Positions 47,726 through 58,416 of a stretch of 64,000 bases of DNA are shown here, piece after piece. The first letter of the stretch is position 1. Each line of letters starts with the position of its first letter. Source of the stretch: Gemmatimonadota bacterium (GTDB lineage Bacteria; Latescibacterota; UBA2968; UBA8231); the NCBI GenBank assembly GCA_038153405.1, contig JAYOYH010000012.1, positions 1 through 64,000 on the forward strand, written 5' to 3'. Both the position numbers and the translations under genes were made by a program. The notes under the pieces were generated by a model. That model was given only the letters and a program-made list of their open reading frames with translations. It was not told where the DNA came from and made no database searches.

Positions 47726-49696
47726 ATGGCAGACGAAGTATATCAGCCCTCAGCCTCCCTGCAAGAGAGGGCCTTTATCAACAGCATGGAGGCCTACCAA
47801 CAGGAGTACGAGCGTTCCATTGCCGATCCTGAGGCGTTCTGGGCAGAAAAAGCGGAAGCGTTCCATTGGTTCAAAAAATGGGACACCGTCTGCTCGTACA
47901 ATTACGACATGAGCAAAGGCCCCATCTCGATCAAGTGGTTTGAGGGCGGCAAGACGAACATCACCTACAACTGCCTGGACCGCCATCTCGACGGCAAAGG
48001 CGATCAGACGGCGATCGTCTGGGAGGGCAATAGCCCCGACGAAGACGCGACACTAACCTACAGGGAACTGCACGAGCGGGTCTGCAAATTCGCCAACGTG
48101 CTCAAGAGCCGCGGCGTTAAAAAGGGCGATCGCGTGTCGATCTACATGCCGATGGTGCCCGAATTGGCCGTGGCCATGTTGGCCTGTGCGCGCATCGGCG
48201 CTATGCACTCGATCGTCTTTGGCGGCTTTTCCGCCGACGCGCTGGCCGATCGCATCGTCGATGCCACCTGCACCACCGTGCTGACCTGCGACGGCATCTA
48301 CCGCGGCGCCAAGCCCGTGGTGATGAAGCCGCTAGTCGATGAGGCCATGGCCAACGCCGAAAGGCAAATGGGACAGCCCGTCACTACCTGCATCGTCGTG
48401 CGCCACCACGCCGACGACGCCGATTTCACCTGCCCCATGCAGGACGGCCGCGACGTCGACTACGCCGAGGCCATGGCCGCCGCATCGGCCGACTGCCCGC
48501 CTGAAGAAATGGACGCTGAAGACCCGCTCTTTATCCTCTATACTTCGGGCTCGACCGGCAAACCCAAGGGCGTGCAGCACACCGTGGGCGGCTATATGGT
48601 CTACACGGCCACTACGCACAAATACGTCTTTGACTACCACGACGGCGATATCTATTTCTGCGCCGCCGATATCGGCTGGATCACCGGTCACTCCTACATC
48701 ATCTACGGCCCGCTGGCCAATGGCGCGACCACCATGATGTTCGGCGGCATTCCGACCTACCCCGACGCAGAGCGCTACTGGCAGATCATCGAAAAGTGGA
48801 ACGTCACCCAGTTTTACACCGCGCCGACGGCTATTCGCGCCATTGCCGCAGCCGGCGAAGAGTTGCCGACTAAATACGATATGGCCTCGCTGAAAATCCT
48901 CGGCAGCGTCGGCGAACCGATCAACCCGGAAGCCTGGCGCTGGTACTATACCAAGGCGGGCAAGGAGCGCAGCCCGATCGTCGATACCTGGTGGCAAACC
49001 GAGACGGGCGGCATTCTCATTACGCCGCTGCCCGGTGCCACGCCGCTCAAACCCGGTTCGGCAACTTTTCCCTTTTTTGGCGTGCAACCCGTCGTGCTCG
49101 AACCGGAGAAGGGCACCGAGATCGAAGGCAACGACATCAGCGGCGTGCTTGCACTAAAAGCGCCCTGGCCCGGCCAGATGCGCACCGTCTACGGCGACCA
49201 CGAGCGCTTTGAGAACACCTATTTCCAGCAGTATAAAGGCTATTACTTTACCGGCGACGGCTGTCGCCGCGACGCGGACGGCTACTACTGGATTACCGGA
49301 CGCGTCGACGACGTGATCAACGTATCCGGCCATCGAATGGGCACCGCCGAAGTAGAGAGCGCGCTCGTGCTGCACGGCAAAGTGGCCGAGGCCGCCGTCG
49401 TTGGCTTCCCGCACAACATCAAGGGCGAGGGGATTTACGCCTACGTCACGCTCAACGCCGGCGAGGAATACACCGACGCGTTGAAAGACGAGCTAAAAAA
49501 GCACGTGCGTCAGGTCATCGGTCCCATTGCCACTCCCGACGTCATTCACTGGGCACCGGGCCTGCCCAAGACGCGCTCGGGCAAAATCATGCGGCGCATT
49601 CTCCGCAAGATATCAACCAACGAGATCGATCAGCTCGGCGATACGTCAACGCTGGCCGATCCGGGCGTGGTCGACCAGTTGCTCGCCAACCGCTAG
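47726..49696 (+). CDS. acs: Acetyl-CoA synthetase
   Basis: [49 protein letters not shown]. Confidence 0.97.
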   Translation: MADEVYQPSASLQERAFINSMEAYQQEYERSIADPEAFWAEKAEAFHWFKKWDTVCSYNYDMSKGPISIKWFEGGKTNITYNCLDRHLDGKGDQTAIVWEGNSPDEDATLTYRELHERVCKFANVLKSRGVKKGDRVSIYMPMVPELAVAMLACARIGAMHSIVFGGFSADALADRIVDATCTTVLTCDGIYRGAKPVVMKPLVDEAMANAERQMGQPVTTCIVVRHHADDADFTCPMQDGRDVDYAEAMAAASADCPPEEMDAEDPLFILYTSGSTGKPKGVQHTVGGYMVYTATTHKYVFDYHDGDIYFCAADIGWITGHSYIIYGPLANGATTMMFGGIPTYPDAERYWQIIEKWNVTQFYTAPTAIRAIAAAGEELPTKYDMASLKILGSVGEPINPEAWRWYYTKAGKERSPIVDTWWQTETGGILITPLPGATPLKPGSATFPFFGVQPVVLEPEKGTEIEGNDISGVLALKAPWPGQMRTVYGDHERFENTYFQQYKGYYFTGDGCRRDADGYYWITGRVDDVINVSGHRMGTAEVESALVLHGKVAEAAVVGFPHNIKGEGIYAYVTLNAGEEYTDALKDELKKHVRQVIGPIATPDVIHWAPGLPKTRSGKIMRRILRKISTNEIDQLGDTSTLADPGVVDQLLANR

Positions 49697-49711
49697 GACC
49701 CCACGCGGGCC

Positions 49712-49748
49712 AACCGGCGGCTTCCCAGCGGAAGTCGCCGGTTTTTTT
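49712..49748 (+). terminator. Intrinsic terminator after acs
   Basis: AACCGGCGGCTTCC-CAGC-GGAAGTCGCCGGTT followed by a T-run. Confidence 0.85.
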
Positions 49749-49780
49749 ATTCATTCTCTGCGTTTGCTACATAACCAACT

Positions 49781-51742
49781 ATGTCGCTACCCATATCTTT
49801 TAAAGACGATGTAACGCGCGATATTGCGCGCGCCGCTAGCCGAGAGTGGTTAGAAACCAACGGCCTCGGCGGCTGGTCATCGTCCACTATCTGCATGGCG
49901 CATACGCGCCGCTATCACGGCCTGCTCGTCGTCGCACAGCACCCACCCGTCGGCCGCGTCGTCCTTCTATCTCACCTAGACGAGACGCTATCGATTGAGG
50001 GCAACCGCCTCGCATTGGGCTGTCATTTCTTTCCCGGCGCCACGCATCCGCAGGGGCATCTACACCTATCCTCTTTTGCCCTGACGCCCAGCCCGACCTT
50101 CCTCTATACCAGCCAAGGCATATCGCTGCGCAAACAGATCGCCATGCTCTACGGCGAACACGGCCTCGTTATTCGCTACGAACTCCTGCGCGCACCGGCT
50201 CCCCTGCATATGGAGCTACAGCCGTTCTTTGCCGGACGCGACTATCACCATCTAATGAGCGCCAACAGCGATGTGCAGACGCAGGCCGATTTTGCCGACG
50301 ACTTATTTTCCTACACTCCCTATGCTGGCCTGCCCACGACCTATATCCACCTGCCTGGAGCACGCTACGCGTCAGCGCCAGACTGGTATTACAACTACGT
50401 ATACCCGCGCGAAGAAGAGCGCGGCCTCGATGCCAGTGAAGACCTCTTTACGCCCGGCACGCTCAACGCTACCCTGCGCGTTGGCCAGCCGCTTCACGTG
50501 CTCGTCAGCACGGCCAATCCACACAGCCGCCATGCAGAGGCGCTCTTCGTCGACGAGATGGCGCGCCGTGCGCGCCTAGTCGCACCGGCTCTCATTGCGA
50601 AAAAACCGCATTTGGTTCAGCTAGCCCGTGCCGCCGATCAATTTCTCGTGCGGCGCGGCAGCGGACTGCACACCATCTTGGCTGGCTATCCCTGGTTTAC
50701 CGATTGGGGGCGCGATACCATGATTGCCCTGCCCGGCATTTGCTTGGTAAACGGCAAATGGGCCGAGGCGCGTGCCATTTTTCGCGCTTTTGTAGAACAC
50801 GTCAATGAGGGCCTGATTCCCAACCGCTTTCCCGACCACGGCGAAGTGCCCGACTACAATACCGTCGACGCCACACTGTGGCTGTTTACCGCACTCCATA
50901 AATACGAACGGCACAGCGGCGACGAGGCGTTGGGCGACGAACTATGGCCCGTTTTGCGCGATATCATCGCCTGGCACGCGCGCGGCACGCGCTACCATAT
51001 CGGCGTCGATGATGATGGCTTACTGCGCGCCGGCGAGCACGGCACGCAGCTTACGTGGATGGATGCCAAGGTCGGCGATTGGGTCGTCACGCCGCGCCAG
51101 GGCAAAGCCGTAGAGATCAATGCACTCTGGTACAACGCCCTGCGCATTGCCGCCCCAATCGCCCAACGGCGCGGCGAAGAAGAATTCGCCGCTGAGTTAT
51201 TGGCCAAGGCCGCTGCGCTCCAGGACACTTTTTCCGAACAGTTCTGGAACGCCGAGTTGGGCTGTTTATACGACGTGATAGATGGCGAAAGCAAAGATGC
51301 CTCCATTCGTCCCAACCAACTCTTGGCGCTCTCCCTGCCCTTCCCCCTGCTAAATGGCGAGCGCGCCCATAGCCTCTTTGCCGTCGTCGACGAGCACCTC
51401 TACACGCCGCGCGGACTGCGCTCGCTATCGCCGCGCCACCCGGCCTATCGCAGTCGCTATTGGGGCGGTCCATGGGAACGCGATGGTTCCTATCATCAAG
51501 GTATCGTATGGGGCTGGCTCATGGGGCCCTTTCTAACGGCGCTGGCGCGCCTGCACGGCGAAGAGGGCAAGGTGCGCGGGCGCGCTATTGTCGAAGGGTT
51601 TACCGAACACCTGTGCGAAGCCGGTCTCGGCTCCGTGTCAGAAATATTTGACGCCGATCCGCCTTTCGCACCGCGCGGCTGCTTTGCGCAGGCATGGAGC
51701 GTAGCTGAACTGCTGCGAGCCTCCGTCGAAGACCTATCGTGA
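49781..51742 (+). CDS. Glycogen debranching enzyme (amylo-alpha-1,6-glucosidase, GH133-like)
   Basis: REWLETNGLGG, RRYHGLL, AGYPWF.DWGRD, TWMDA, RPNQ, YHQG, QAWS. Confidence 0.93.
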   Translation: MSLPISFKDDVTRDIARAASREWLETNGLGGWSSSTICMAHTRRYHGLLVVAQHPPVGRVVLLSHLDETLSIEGNRLALGCHFFPGATHPQGHLHLSSFALTPSPTFLYTSQGISLRKQIAMLYGEHGLVIRYELLRAPAPLHMELQPFFAGRDYHHLMSANSDVQTQADFADDLFSYTPYAGLPTTYIHLPGARYASAPDWYYNYVYPREEERGLDASEDLFTPGTLNATLRVGQPLHVLVSTANPHSRHAEALFVDEMARRARLVAPALIAKKPHLVQLARAADQFLVRRGSGLHTILAGYPWFTDWGRDTMIALPGICLVNGKWAEARAIFRAFVEHVNEGLIPNRFPDHGEVPDYNTVDATLWLFTALHKYERHSGDEALGDELWPVLRDIIAWHARGTRYHIGVDDDGLLRAGEHGTQLTWMDAKVGDWVVTPRQGKAVEINALWYNALRIAAPIAQRRGEEEFAAELLAKAAALQDTFSEQFWNAELGCLYDVIDGESKDASIRPNQLLALSLPFPLLNGERAHSLFAVVDEHLYTPRGLRSLSPRHPAYRSRYWGGPWERDGSYHQGIVWGWLMGPFLTALARLHGEEGKVRGRAIVEGFTEHLCEAGLGSVSEIFDADPPFAPRGCFAQAWSVAELLRASVEDLS

Positions 51743-51768
51743 GTAGGCAGTGCGATCTATCAGGTGCG

Positions 51769-52641
51769 TCAGCCTTGCACCTGCGGATGGCGCGCCTTGG
51801 GCAGGCCGTGCTCATCACACCACTCGGCGATCGGATTGCGCCCGCCATTGACCTGAAACGCCGCGACCTCTTCAAAAGCCTCGCCCACTAAAAAGCGCTG
51901 TAGCGGCGACAGCGTCTGCACAAATTCCGGCGCTTGCTTCACGTAGTCCATTGGCATCACCCAACGATAGCCATAGCCGATCATAATCGCCTTGCGCGTA
52001 TCATTGCCCCGGTGCAGCGCCCCGGCGTGAAACGTGCGATTTTCAAAGATCAGACAGTCGCCCGGCTGCAGCTGCGGCTCCACGGCATTTTCCGGATCGA
52101 CCTGTCCGTCGGGAATGGAGAGTCCACCCGAAAGCAGATGGCTGCCCGGAGAGACCATCGTCACGCCGCGCCCCTTCTCGCTGAGATCGGTCAAATAGTA
52201 GGCGCACTTGACTAGCAGGCGCGGAATGGCGGCATGGCCCATATCGTGCATTGCCATCGCGTAGTCGCGGTGCCAGCCCGGCAGTCGGTGCGTGGCCGGC
52301 TTATCGGATGGATCGGGCTGTTTGTAAATCAGGTGCGACGTCATCACGTGCAAACTCGCGCCCAGAAGCTGCACGACGACGGGCAAGATCCTCTCGTGAT
52401 CGATTAGCGCGGCAAAGGCCGGATCGAGTGCGATCGAGTTGCGAAAGCCGTCGTAAATGCCGCCGCTGGTGGTCTGGCGATTGGTCTGCATTTCGCTGTC
52501 GAGCAGGCGATCGCCGGCGGCGATTAACTGCTCTACCGTCGCCGCATCGAGGGCATTGCGCACGATCAGATAACCCTGCTGATCGAAGTGATCGATGTCT
52601 GTTTGAGAAACGGGTTCGTATTTCAGCATAAGTCCTCTCAC
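51769..52641 (-). CDS. PhyH-family Fe(II)/2OG dioxygenase
   Basis: FDQQGYL, WHRD, PGSH, TFHAG. Start at GTG 52641 or ATG 52629. Confidence 0.87.
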   Translation of the reverse strand: MRGLMLKYEPVSQTDIDHFDQQGYLIVRNALDAATVEQLIAAGDRLLDSEMQTNRQTTSGGIYDGFRNSIALDPAFAALIDHERILPVVVQLLGASLHVMTSHLIYKQPDPSDKPATHRLPGWHRDYAMAMHDMGHAAIPRLLVKCAYYLTDLSEKGRGVTMVSPGSHLLSGGLSIPDGQVDPENAVEPQLQPGDCLIFENRTFHAGALHRGNDTRKAIMIGYGYRWVMPMDYVKQAPEFVQTLSPLQRFLVGEAFEEVAAFQVNGGRNPIAEWCDEHGLPKARHPQVQG

Positions 52642-53921
52642 GAAGCGGCACCGACAGCCGCCTCTTCTTTTTTGCGCTGCGCGCTCAGTTCAGCTAAACT
52701 GCCCAAATTGCGCAGCGAGGGAAATAGGCCACTCCATGCCAGCACGACCACGAGCGTGCCGATGCCGCCGCTGACGACGGAAACTACCGGATTGTAAAGC
52801 TGGGCGACAAGCCCCGACTCAAAGCCGCCGATCTCGTTGGAAGAGCCGATGAAAATCGAATTGACAGCTGAGACGCGACCGCGCATGTGGTTGGGCGTGC
52901 TCATCTGCGATACGACATGGCGCACGACCATGCTGACGTTGTCGAACGCGCCGGTCAACGCCAGCATCAACATTGAAAGCCAGAAGTTCTGTGATAGGCC
53001 GAAGACGATGGTCGCCGCACCAAAGCCCGCCACGCAGAACAGCAGCGTGCGCCCCGCCCGCCGCATCGGTGGCAGATGCGCCATCAGCAGGGCCATCACA
53101 CAGGCACCGGCGGCCGGCGCTGCGCGCAGCCAGCCCAGCGCCTCTTCGGGCTCAAGACCGACGGGCGCTAGATCGACAATTTCGCGCGCGAAGATGGGCA
53201 GCAGATAAACGGCTCCGCCCAGCAGCACGGCGAATAGGTCGAGCGAACTGGCGCCAAGCAGGATTTTTTTGTTCCAGACAAAGCGCAGCCCCTCGGCTAC
53301 CTGCTCGAACATGCGTCCGCGTGCGCTGCGCGTGGACGCCGGAAGCTGCATGCCAAAGAGAAAGACGATAAAGGCCAGCGAGGAAATCGCGCTCAGCACA
53401 TAGGCCGCTTGAATATTGTAGGCAATGATAAAACCGCCGATAGCCGGGCCGCCGATGCCGGTGATTTGCTGCAGGCTCGTGCGCCATTTAACGGCGTTTT
53501 CGAATTCCTCTTCCGGCACGAGCAGCGGCATGATGGCCGTGCGCGCCGGCGCGCCCATGCGCAGCATCGTCGCGTCGAGAAAGAGCAGCGCATACATCCA
53601 GTGCACCGACAGCTCATGGTAGCTAAAAGCCGCAAGACCCAGCGACGTGAGCGTGGCGCCGGCCAGACTCAGCATCATCAGCTTGCGGCGATCGTAGACG
53701 TCGGCCAAATAGCCAGCCGGCAGCGTAAAAATCAGCATGGGAATGGCCTGGACGAGTCCGACCAGCCCGAGCGAAATAGCTTCGCCCGTTCGGTCGTATA
53801 CTTCCCAGCCAATGGCCAGACCCTGCGCCGCCGTCCCCATGCTGACCAGCGAAGACGCGACGAGATAATTGCGAAACAGCGCTATGCGCAGCGCGCTATA
53901 CGGATCGTGTTTTTCGCTCAA
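52638..53921 (-). CDS. MFS transporter (EntS-like / MFS_3)
   Basis: 12 TM segments, G.LAD.YDRR, P.HMRGRV. TTG 53921 follows GGAGG. Confidence 0.9.
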   Translation of the reverse strand: MSEKHDPYSALRIALFRNYLVASSLVSMGTAAQGLAIGWEVYDRTGEAISLGLVGLVQAIPMLIFTLPAGYLADVYDRRKLMMLSLAGATLTSLGLAAFSYHELSVHWMYALLFLDATMLRMGAPARTAIMPLLVPEEEFENAVKWRTSLQQITGIGGPAIGGFIIAYNIQAAYVLSAISSLAFIVFLFGMQLPASTRSARGRMFEQVAEGLRFVWNKKILLGASSLDLFAVLLGGAVYLLPIFAREIVDLAPVGLEPEEALGWLRAAPAAGACVMALLMAHLPPMRRAGRTLLFCVAGFGAATIVFGLSQNFWLSMLMLALTGAFDNVSMVVRHVVSQMSTPNHMRGRVSAVNSIFIGSSNEIGGFESGLVAQLYNPVVSVVSGGIGTLVVVLAWSGLFPSLRNLGSLAELSAQRKKEEAAVGAAS

Positions 53922-54113
53922 TGCACCTCCGCCCACTGGCGTGCGATGCCGCACGCAGTATCTCCTATACCTTCTCTAAAATGCTTCTGAACAAACAGCG
54001 GCAGAATATAATCGCGCCGACCACTCTCTACAATTCCATCGGCTTGGCCGACGGTGCGATTTATGCGATACTATGCAACGAGTTAAACCAGCTATTGATC
54101 GCGGGGATACGAT

Positions 54114-55007
54114 ATGCCCATTCGCTTTGTCCTGCTAACGGACAGTCACTACCACCCTCGGGCCGAAAAGGACTACGGTGCACCCAAGATGTTGACGCGC
54201 AGTCGCGAAGTGCTCGATGCCGTTCCCGACGCGGTCAACGCGCTCGACCCCGACTTTGTCGTGCACGCTGGCGACCTGCTTTGTGGGGGATCTTCCTTTG
54301 ACCTGCCTACCGCGCTGTACGAGCGCTCCGTCGACGAAGTGGCTGACGTATTCGCTTCCATCAAAGCACCTCTGTACTGCGTGCCTGGCAACCACGACTG
54401 CGACGCGCAGAGCGGTTCAATGGACGGCTTTGCACGCCGCTTTCACCTGCCCAATCCGCTCACGACAGTGGACGCCGGGCCGCGCCTGCGCCTAGCGCTG
54501 GCCAATGTATACCACGCCTGTAACGGCGTCGACGAAGGGTGCGGCATTTGGACCGATGCGCTCGATGCGCACCTGCGCTCCGCTGCGCTACGGGCCGAGC
54601 GCGACCGCTGCGCGCTCCTGCTCGTCTTGCATACTTGGGTGCTGTCCGATCACACGCCGGGCAGGGGCGTGGTCAACAACGTCGAAAAACTCGTCGATAC
54701 GCTGACCACTCACCCGGCCATCGCCGCCGTCTTTACCGGCCATCGCCACCTCAACCGCATACGCATGTACCGCGACGTGCTCGTCGTCGACACCGCTTGC
54801 TTAGTCGGTTTCCCGCTCGGCTTCCGCCTGATTGAGCTAACAGACGATGGGCTGTTGAAGACCCGCTTCCACGCGCTGCCCCTGCCCGAACTGAGCGCGG
54901 CTTCCTACGCGCGCTCGGCCGAGTGGGAAAACGAGCGCTGGCAGGGCGAAATTCACGATCGCGACACCGAAGTGCTGCTGCCGCGCCTGCGCCATAGCTG
55001 GTCTTAG
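54114..55007 (+). CDS. Calcineurin-like metallophosphoesterase
   Basis: TDSH, GD, PGNHD, GHRH. Confidence 0.9.
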   Translation: MPIRFVLLTDSHYHPRAEKDYGAPKMLTRSREVLDAVPDAVNALDPDFVVHAGDLLCGGSSFDLPTALYERSVDEVADVFASIKAPLYCVPGNHDCDAQSGSMDGFARRFHLPNPLTTVDAGPRLRLALANVYHACNGVDEGCGIWTDALDAHLRSAALRAERDRCALLLVLHTWVLSDHTPGRGVVNNVEKLVDTLTTHPAIAAVFTGHRHLNRIRMYRDVLVVDTACLVGFPLGFRLIELTDDGLLKTRFHALPLPELSAASYARSAEWENERWQGEIHDRDTEVLLPRLRHSWS

Positions 55008-55022
55008 ACAGCGAGGTCTTCC

Positions 55023-56120
55023 GTGCAACTACGCGAACAGAAAATGCCCGGCGGCTGGGCCGTCGACCTCTTTTGCGACGGGCGCTCCATTTCGCGCCTG
55101 TGGATTGCCGATCGTCAGATGCGGATTGGATCGTGCACCGTTAAAATAGGAGGCATTGCCGGCGTCGGCACCGATGCCCAGTACCGCAAACAGGGTCTGG
55201 CCAGCCGCGTGCTCAACGCCGCTGTCGAGCTAATGGGACGCGAGGACTACGACGCCTCTTTTCTCTACGGCATCGCCGATTTTTACCACCGCTTTGGCTT
55301 TGTAACGTGCATGCCGCAGCACAGTCTAGAATTGGATACGCGAAGCGCCGAACGCGCCGAAGACCGTTTGAAGATGCGGCCTGTCCACAAGGCCGATTAC
55401 GCTACCATAGCCCGCATATACAACCGCGACAGCGCCGAGCGCACGGCCAGTTGCACGCGCGACGTGCGCCGTTGGCGCGGCTTTCCCATGGGATCGGGCT
55501 TTGGCGTGCCCTGCACGACCCGCGTCGTTGTCGACGGGCGCAGCCGAGTTATCGGCTACGTGCTCTACGACGACATAGACACGCACTGCCGCGTCGCCGA
55601 AGTGGGCGGTCGGGGCGAAGCCGTATTTCACGCACTCCTGCGCGATATGGCGCGCCGCGCCGTCGCGCTGCGCCGCGGCAGTTTTTCGCTAAGCCTGCCA
55701 CCCGACCACCCCTTTGCCCTATTCTGCCGCAGCTACGGCTGCACGGCGCACACGGCCTACGAACGCAGCGCCGGCCCCATGGGACGCCTTATCAATTTGC
55801 ATTCCTGCATGGAAAAAGTGTGCTCTGTGCTGGCGCTTCGCTGGGGTCCCGCCGACCGCCAACAACCGCTCGCCGTGCGCACGGATATAGGAGATTTTTC
55901 GCTGGGTTGGCGCGACAACCAGCTGCGCGTCGACCACGAACAAATGCGGGGCGCCGTCCGCCTCGACCAGACCGCGCTTACTCAGCTACTGCTCGGCTAT
56001 GCTACGCCGAGCCATCTCAAGGCCGCTGGCCAACTGGCGTGCAGTAAGGCGCAGCTCGCTCTATTGGAGCGCCTGTTTCCGCTGCAACAGGCCCATATGT
56101 CCTGGCCCGACCGCTTTTAA
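55023..56120 (+). CDS. GNAT acetyltransferase, Eis-like
   Basis: GGIAGVGT..QYRKQGLA, FYHRFGF, a C-terminal SCP2-like part, and terminal DRF. Confidence 0.85.
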   Translation: MQLREQKMPGGWAVDLFCDGRSISRLWIADRQMRIGSCTVKIGGIAGVGTDAQYRKQGLASRVLNAAVELMGREDYDASFLYGIADFYHRFGFVTCMPQHSLELDTRSAERAEDRLKMRPVHKADYATIARIYNRDSAERTASCTRDVRRWRGFPMGSGFGVPCTTRVVVDGRSRVIGYVLYDDIDTHCRVAEVGGRGEAVFHALLRDMARRAVALRRGSFSLSLPPDHPFALFCRSYGCTAHTAYERSAGPMGRLINLHSCMEKVCSVLALRWGPADRQQPLAVRTDIGDFSLGWRDNQLRVDHEQMRGAVRLDQTALTQLLLGYATPSHLKAAGQLACSKAQLALLERLFPLQQAHMSWPDRF

Positions 56121-56134
56121 AAGGGAGACCAACT

Positions 56135-57595
56135 ATGCGCATTCTGCTAGCGGCTTTCAAGCAAGAAACCGCTACCTTTAACCCAGCTTGTTCGACGCGA
56201 GAGCATTTCACCGTAGCGCGCGGCGACGATATCCTGGCGCTAAAGAACACGCGCAGCGAAATCGGCGGCGCCCTGACGGTCTTTGCCGAGATGAGTGTCG
56301 AAATCGTACCGACCTACGCGGCGTGGGCCGTGTCTGGCGGTCCGGTAGACGACGGCGAGTTGGACGGCATGATCGACGAGATGCTCGCCTCCGTCCGCGC
56401 GCATAGAAACGTCGACGGCGCGCTCATTATCTTCCACGGCGCCATGGCCGGCCAGACGGAAATGGATCCCGAAGGGCGCGTCCTAACAGCGGCGCGCGAG
56501 ATACTCGGGGATATACCCATCGTCACCACCTTCGATCTGCACGGCGTTATTACCGACCGACTCGTCGAGCACTCGGACGCCATCGTGCCCTTTCACACCT
56601 ATCCGCACGTCGATCAGTACGAAACTGGCCAGCGCGGAGCCCGCTGTTTGCTCAGGTTGCTCACCACGACAGCCAAGCCCGTTATTGCGCGCATTAAACT
56701 GCCCATGCTCGTGCGCGGCGACGAACTCATTACCGCAACCGGGCGCTTTGGCCAGGCCATTGGCCTGTGCCAGAAAATCGAACGATCTGAAAGGGGACTA
56801 GCGGCCGGCGTCTTTATCGGGAATCCCTTTACCGACGTGCCCGACCTGCGCTCTAACGTCGTTATTACCGCCGACGGCGACGCGGAATGGGCGCAGCAAA
56901 GGGCCGTGGAAATCGCCCGCTTTATGTGGGATAATAGAGCGCATTTCGTCGCTCCGCTGACCCCGCTGGACGAGGCCATTGGCCTAGCCGAGAGCACGGA
57001 TGGGCTCACGGTATTCTCGGACGCGGCCGACGCCACGTCTTCGGGCGCCTCAGGCGATAGCAACGCGGCGCTGCGGGGCCTGATTGCGCACGGCTACTCG
57101 GGAACGGCTCTGCTGCCTTTGGTTGACGCACCGGCGGCCCGAGCGGCCTTTGCAGCCGGCGTGGGCAAGAGCATCCGCGTGGCGCTGGGCGGCAGCGTTG
57201 ACCGGCAGCGACACGAGCCCATCGAGTGCGAGGCCTACGTAAAAGCGCTCGGAGACGGCCACTTCCTCTACAGCGACGGCCTGCCCGGCCACGCCGGTCC
57301 CACCGCCGTGCTCTGCGTCGGACGCTACACCTTGATGGTGACGACGCTGCCCGTCAACATTATGGATCGCCACGTCTTCATGGCCTGTGGCCTGCTGCCG
57401 GAGCACTTTGATCTGGTGGTGTGCAAATCGCCCAACGGCTTCCGACCGCACTACGAGCACATCGCCCGCCGCATCGTCGCCGTAGACCTGCCCGGCTCGA
57501 CCAGTGCCAACCTGCGCTCACTGCCCTTTGCTCGCTGCCCGCGTCCCATCTTCCCGCTGGACGAGGACGTCGCCGCCCCGGACGAATTGGCTTAG
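56135..57595 (+). CDS. M81 family metallopeptidase (MlrC-like)
   Basis: QET.TF, HGAM, D.EG, DLHG, TYPHVD, D..D, GD, KS...FR. Confidence 0.9.
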   Translation: MRILLAAFKQETATFNPACSTREHFTVARGDDILALKNTRSEIGGALTVFAEMSVEIVPTYAAWAVSGGPVDDGELDGMIDEMLASVRAHRNVDGALIIFHGAMAGQTEMDPEGRVLTAAREILGDIPIVTTFDLHGVITDRLVEHSDAIVPFHTYPHVDQYETGQRGARCLLRLLTTTAKPVIARIKLPMLVRGDELITATGRFGQAIGLCQKIERSERGLAAGVFIGNPFTDVPDLRSNVVITADGDAEWAQQRAVEIARFMWDNRAHFVAPLTPLDEAIGLAESTDGLTVFSDAADATSSGASGDSNAALRGLIAHGYSGTALLPLVDAPAARAAFAAGVGKSIRVALGGSVDRQRHEPIECEAYVKALGDGHFLYSDGLPGHAGPTAVLCVGRYTLMVTTLPVNIMDRHVFMACGLLPEHFDLVVCKSPNGFRPHYEHIARRIVAVDLPGSTSANLRSLPFARCPRPIFPLDEDVAAPDELA

Positions 57596-58350
57596 TCGAC
57601 CGACGCCGTCACTTCGCCGATCCAGCGCAGGCACTCGGCACCCCAGTCAAACGGCGCACCGAGCCCAAGCCCGTGTCGCCCGCGCGCGTAGAGATGCAGT
57701 TCAAAGGGCACGCCGCGGTCGCGCAGCGCCGAGGCAAAGAGCATGCTGTTTTCCAGCGGCACGCCGACGTCTTCGCCGGTGTGCCACAAAAAACACGGCG
57801 GCGTTGCAGCCGTAACGCCGCGCTCGGTGGACAGTTCGTCGAGTAGCCCTGGCGCAGGCGTCTCGCCCGCCAAATTGCGCATCGAGCCGGCGTGTGCAAA
57901 GGGCCCCTGCGACGTGATGACCGGATAGCACAAGACGCCAAAGTCGGGGCGCAGCGACACCGCGCTCTCGTAGGTATCCCAAGCGACCAGCGCGTGCGAG
58001 GCCAGATGGCCACCGGCCGACGAGCCCATAATGCCGATGCGCTGCGGATCGAGGCCGAATTCGCCGGCTCGAGCGCGCACGGCACAGATGGCCGACAGCG
58101 CGTCTTCGAGCATGGCCGGATGGCGAAAGCCGTCCGTGCCCAGGCGATACGTCACCACAAAGCCGGCAATACCCGCCGCCGAAAAATACTCCGCATAGCC
58201 TCGTCCCTCGTGCTCGGCCAGCGCGCCGTAGCCGCCGCCGGGTAGAATGATCAAGCCCGCACCCGTGCTGTCTCCTTGCGGCAGCCAGCACTCGATGCGC
58301 GGCGAGGGGGCCGTAGTTCCGCCCTGCAATTCGCCTCTGATCTCGTCCAT
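57592..58350 (-). CDS. Alpha/beta hydrolase (acetyl/xylan esterase-like)
   Basis: PGGGY, GSSAGGHLA, D..V, HGLG. Start is probably ATG 58350. Confidence 0.9.
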   Translation of the reverse strand: MDEIRGELQGGTTAPSPRIECWLPQGDSTGAGLIILPGGGYGALAEHEGRGYAEYFSAAGIAGFVVTYRLGTDGFRHPAMLEDALSAICAVRARAGEFGLDPQRIGIMGSSAGGHLASHALVAWDTYESAVSLRPDFGVLCYPVITSQGPFAHAGSMRNLAGETPAPGLLDELSTERGVTAATPPCFLWHTGEDVGVPLENSMLFASALRDRGVPFELHLYARGRHGLGLGAPFDWGAECLRWIGEVTASVD

Positions 58351-58416
58351 AATACCGTTCTCCCATGGGACAATGTGTAGTTTTCTACAAAGTTCCAACC
58401 AACGCCGGTTTCGCGC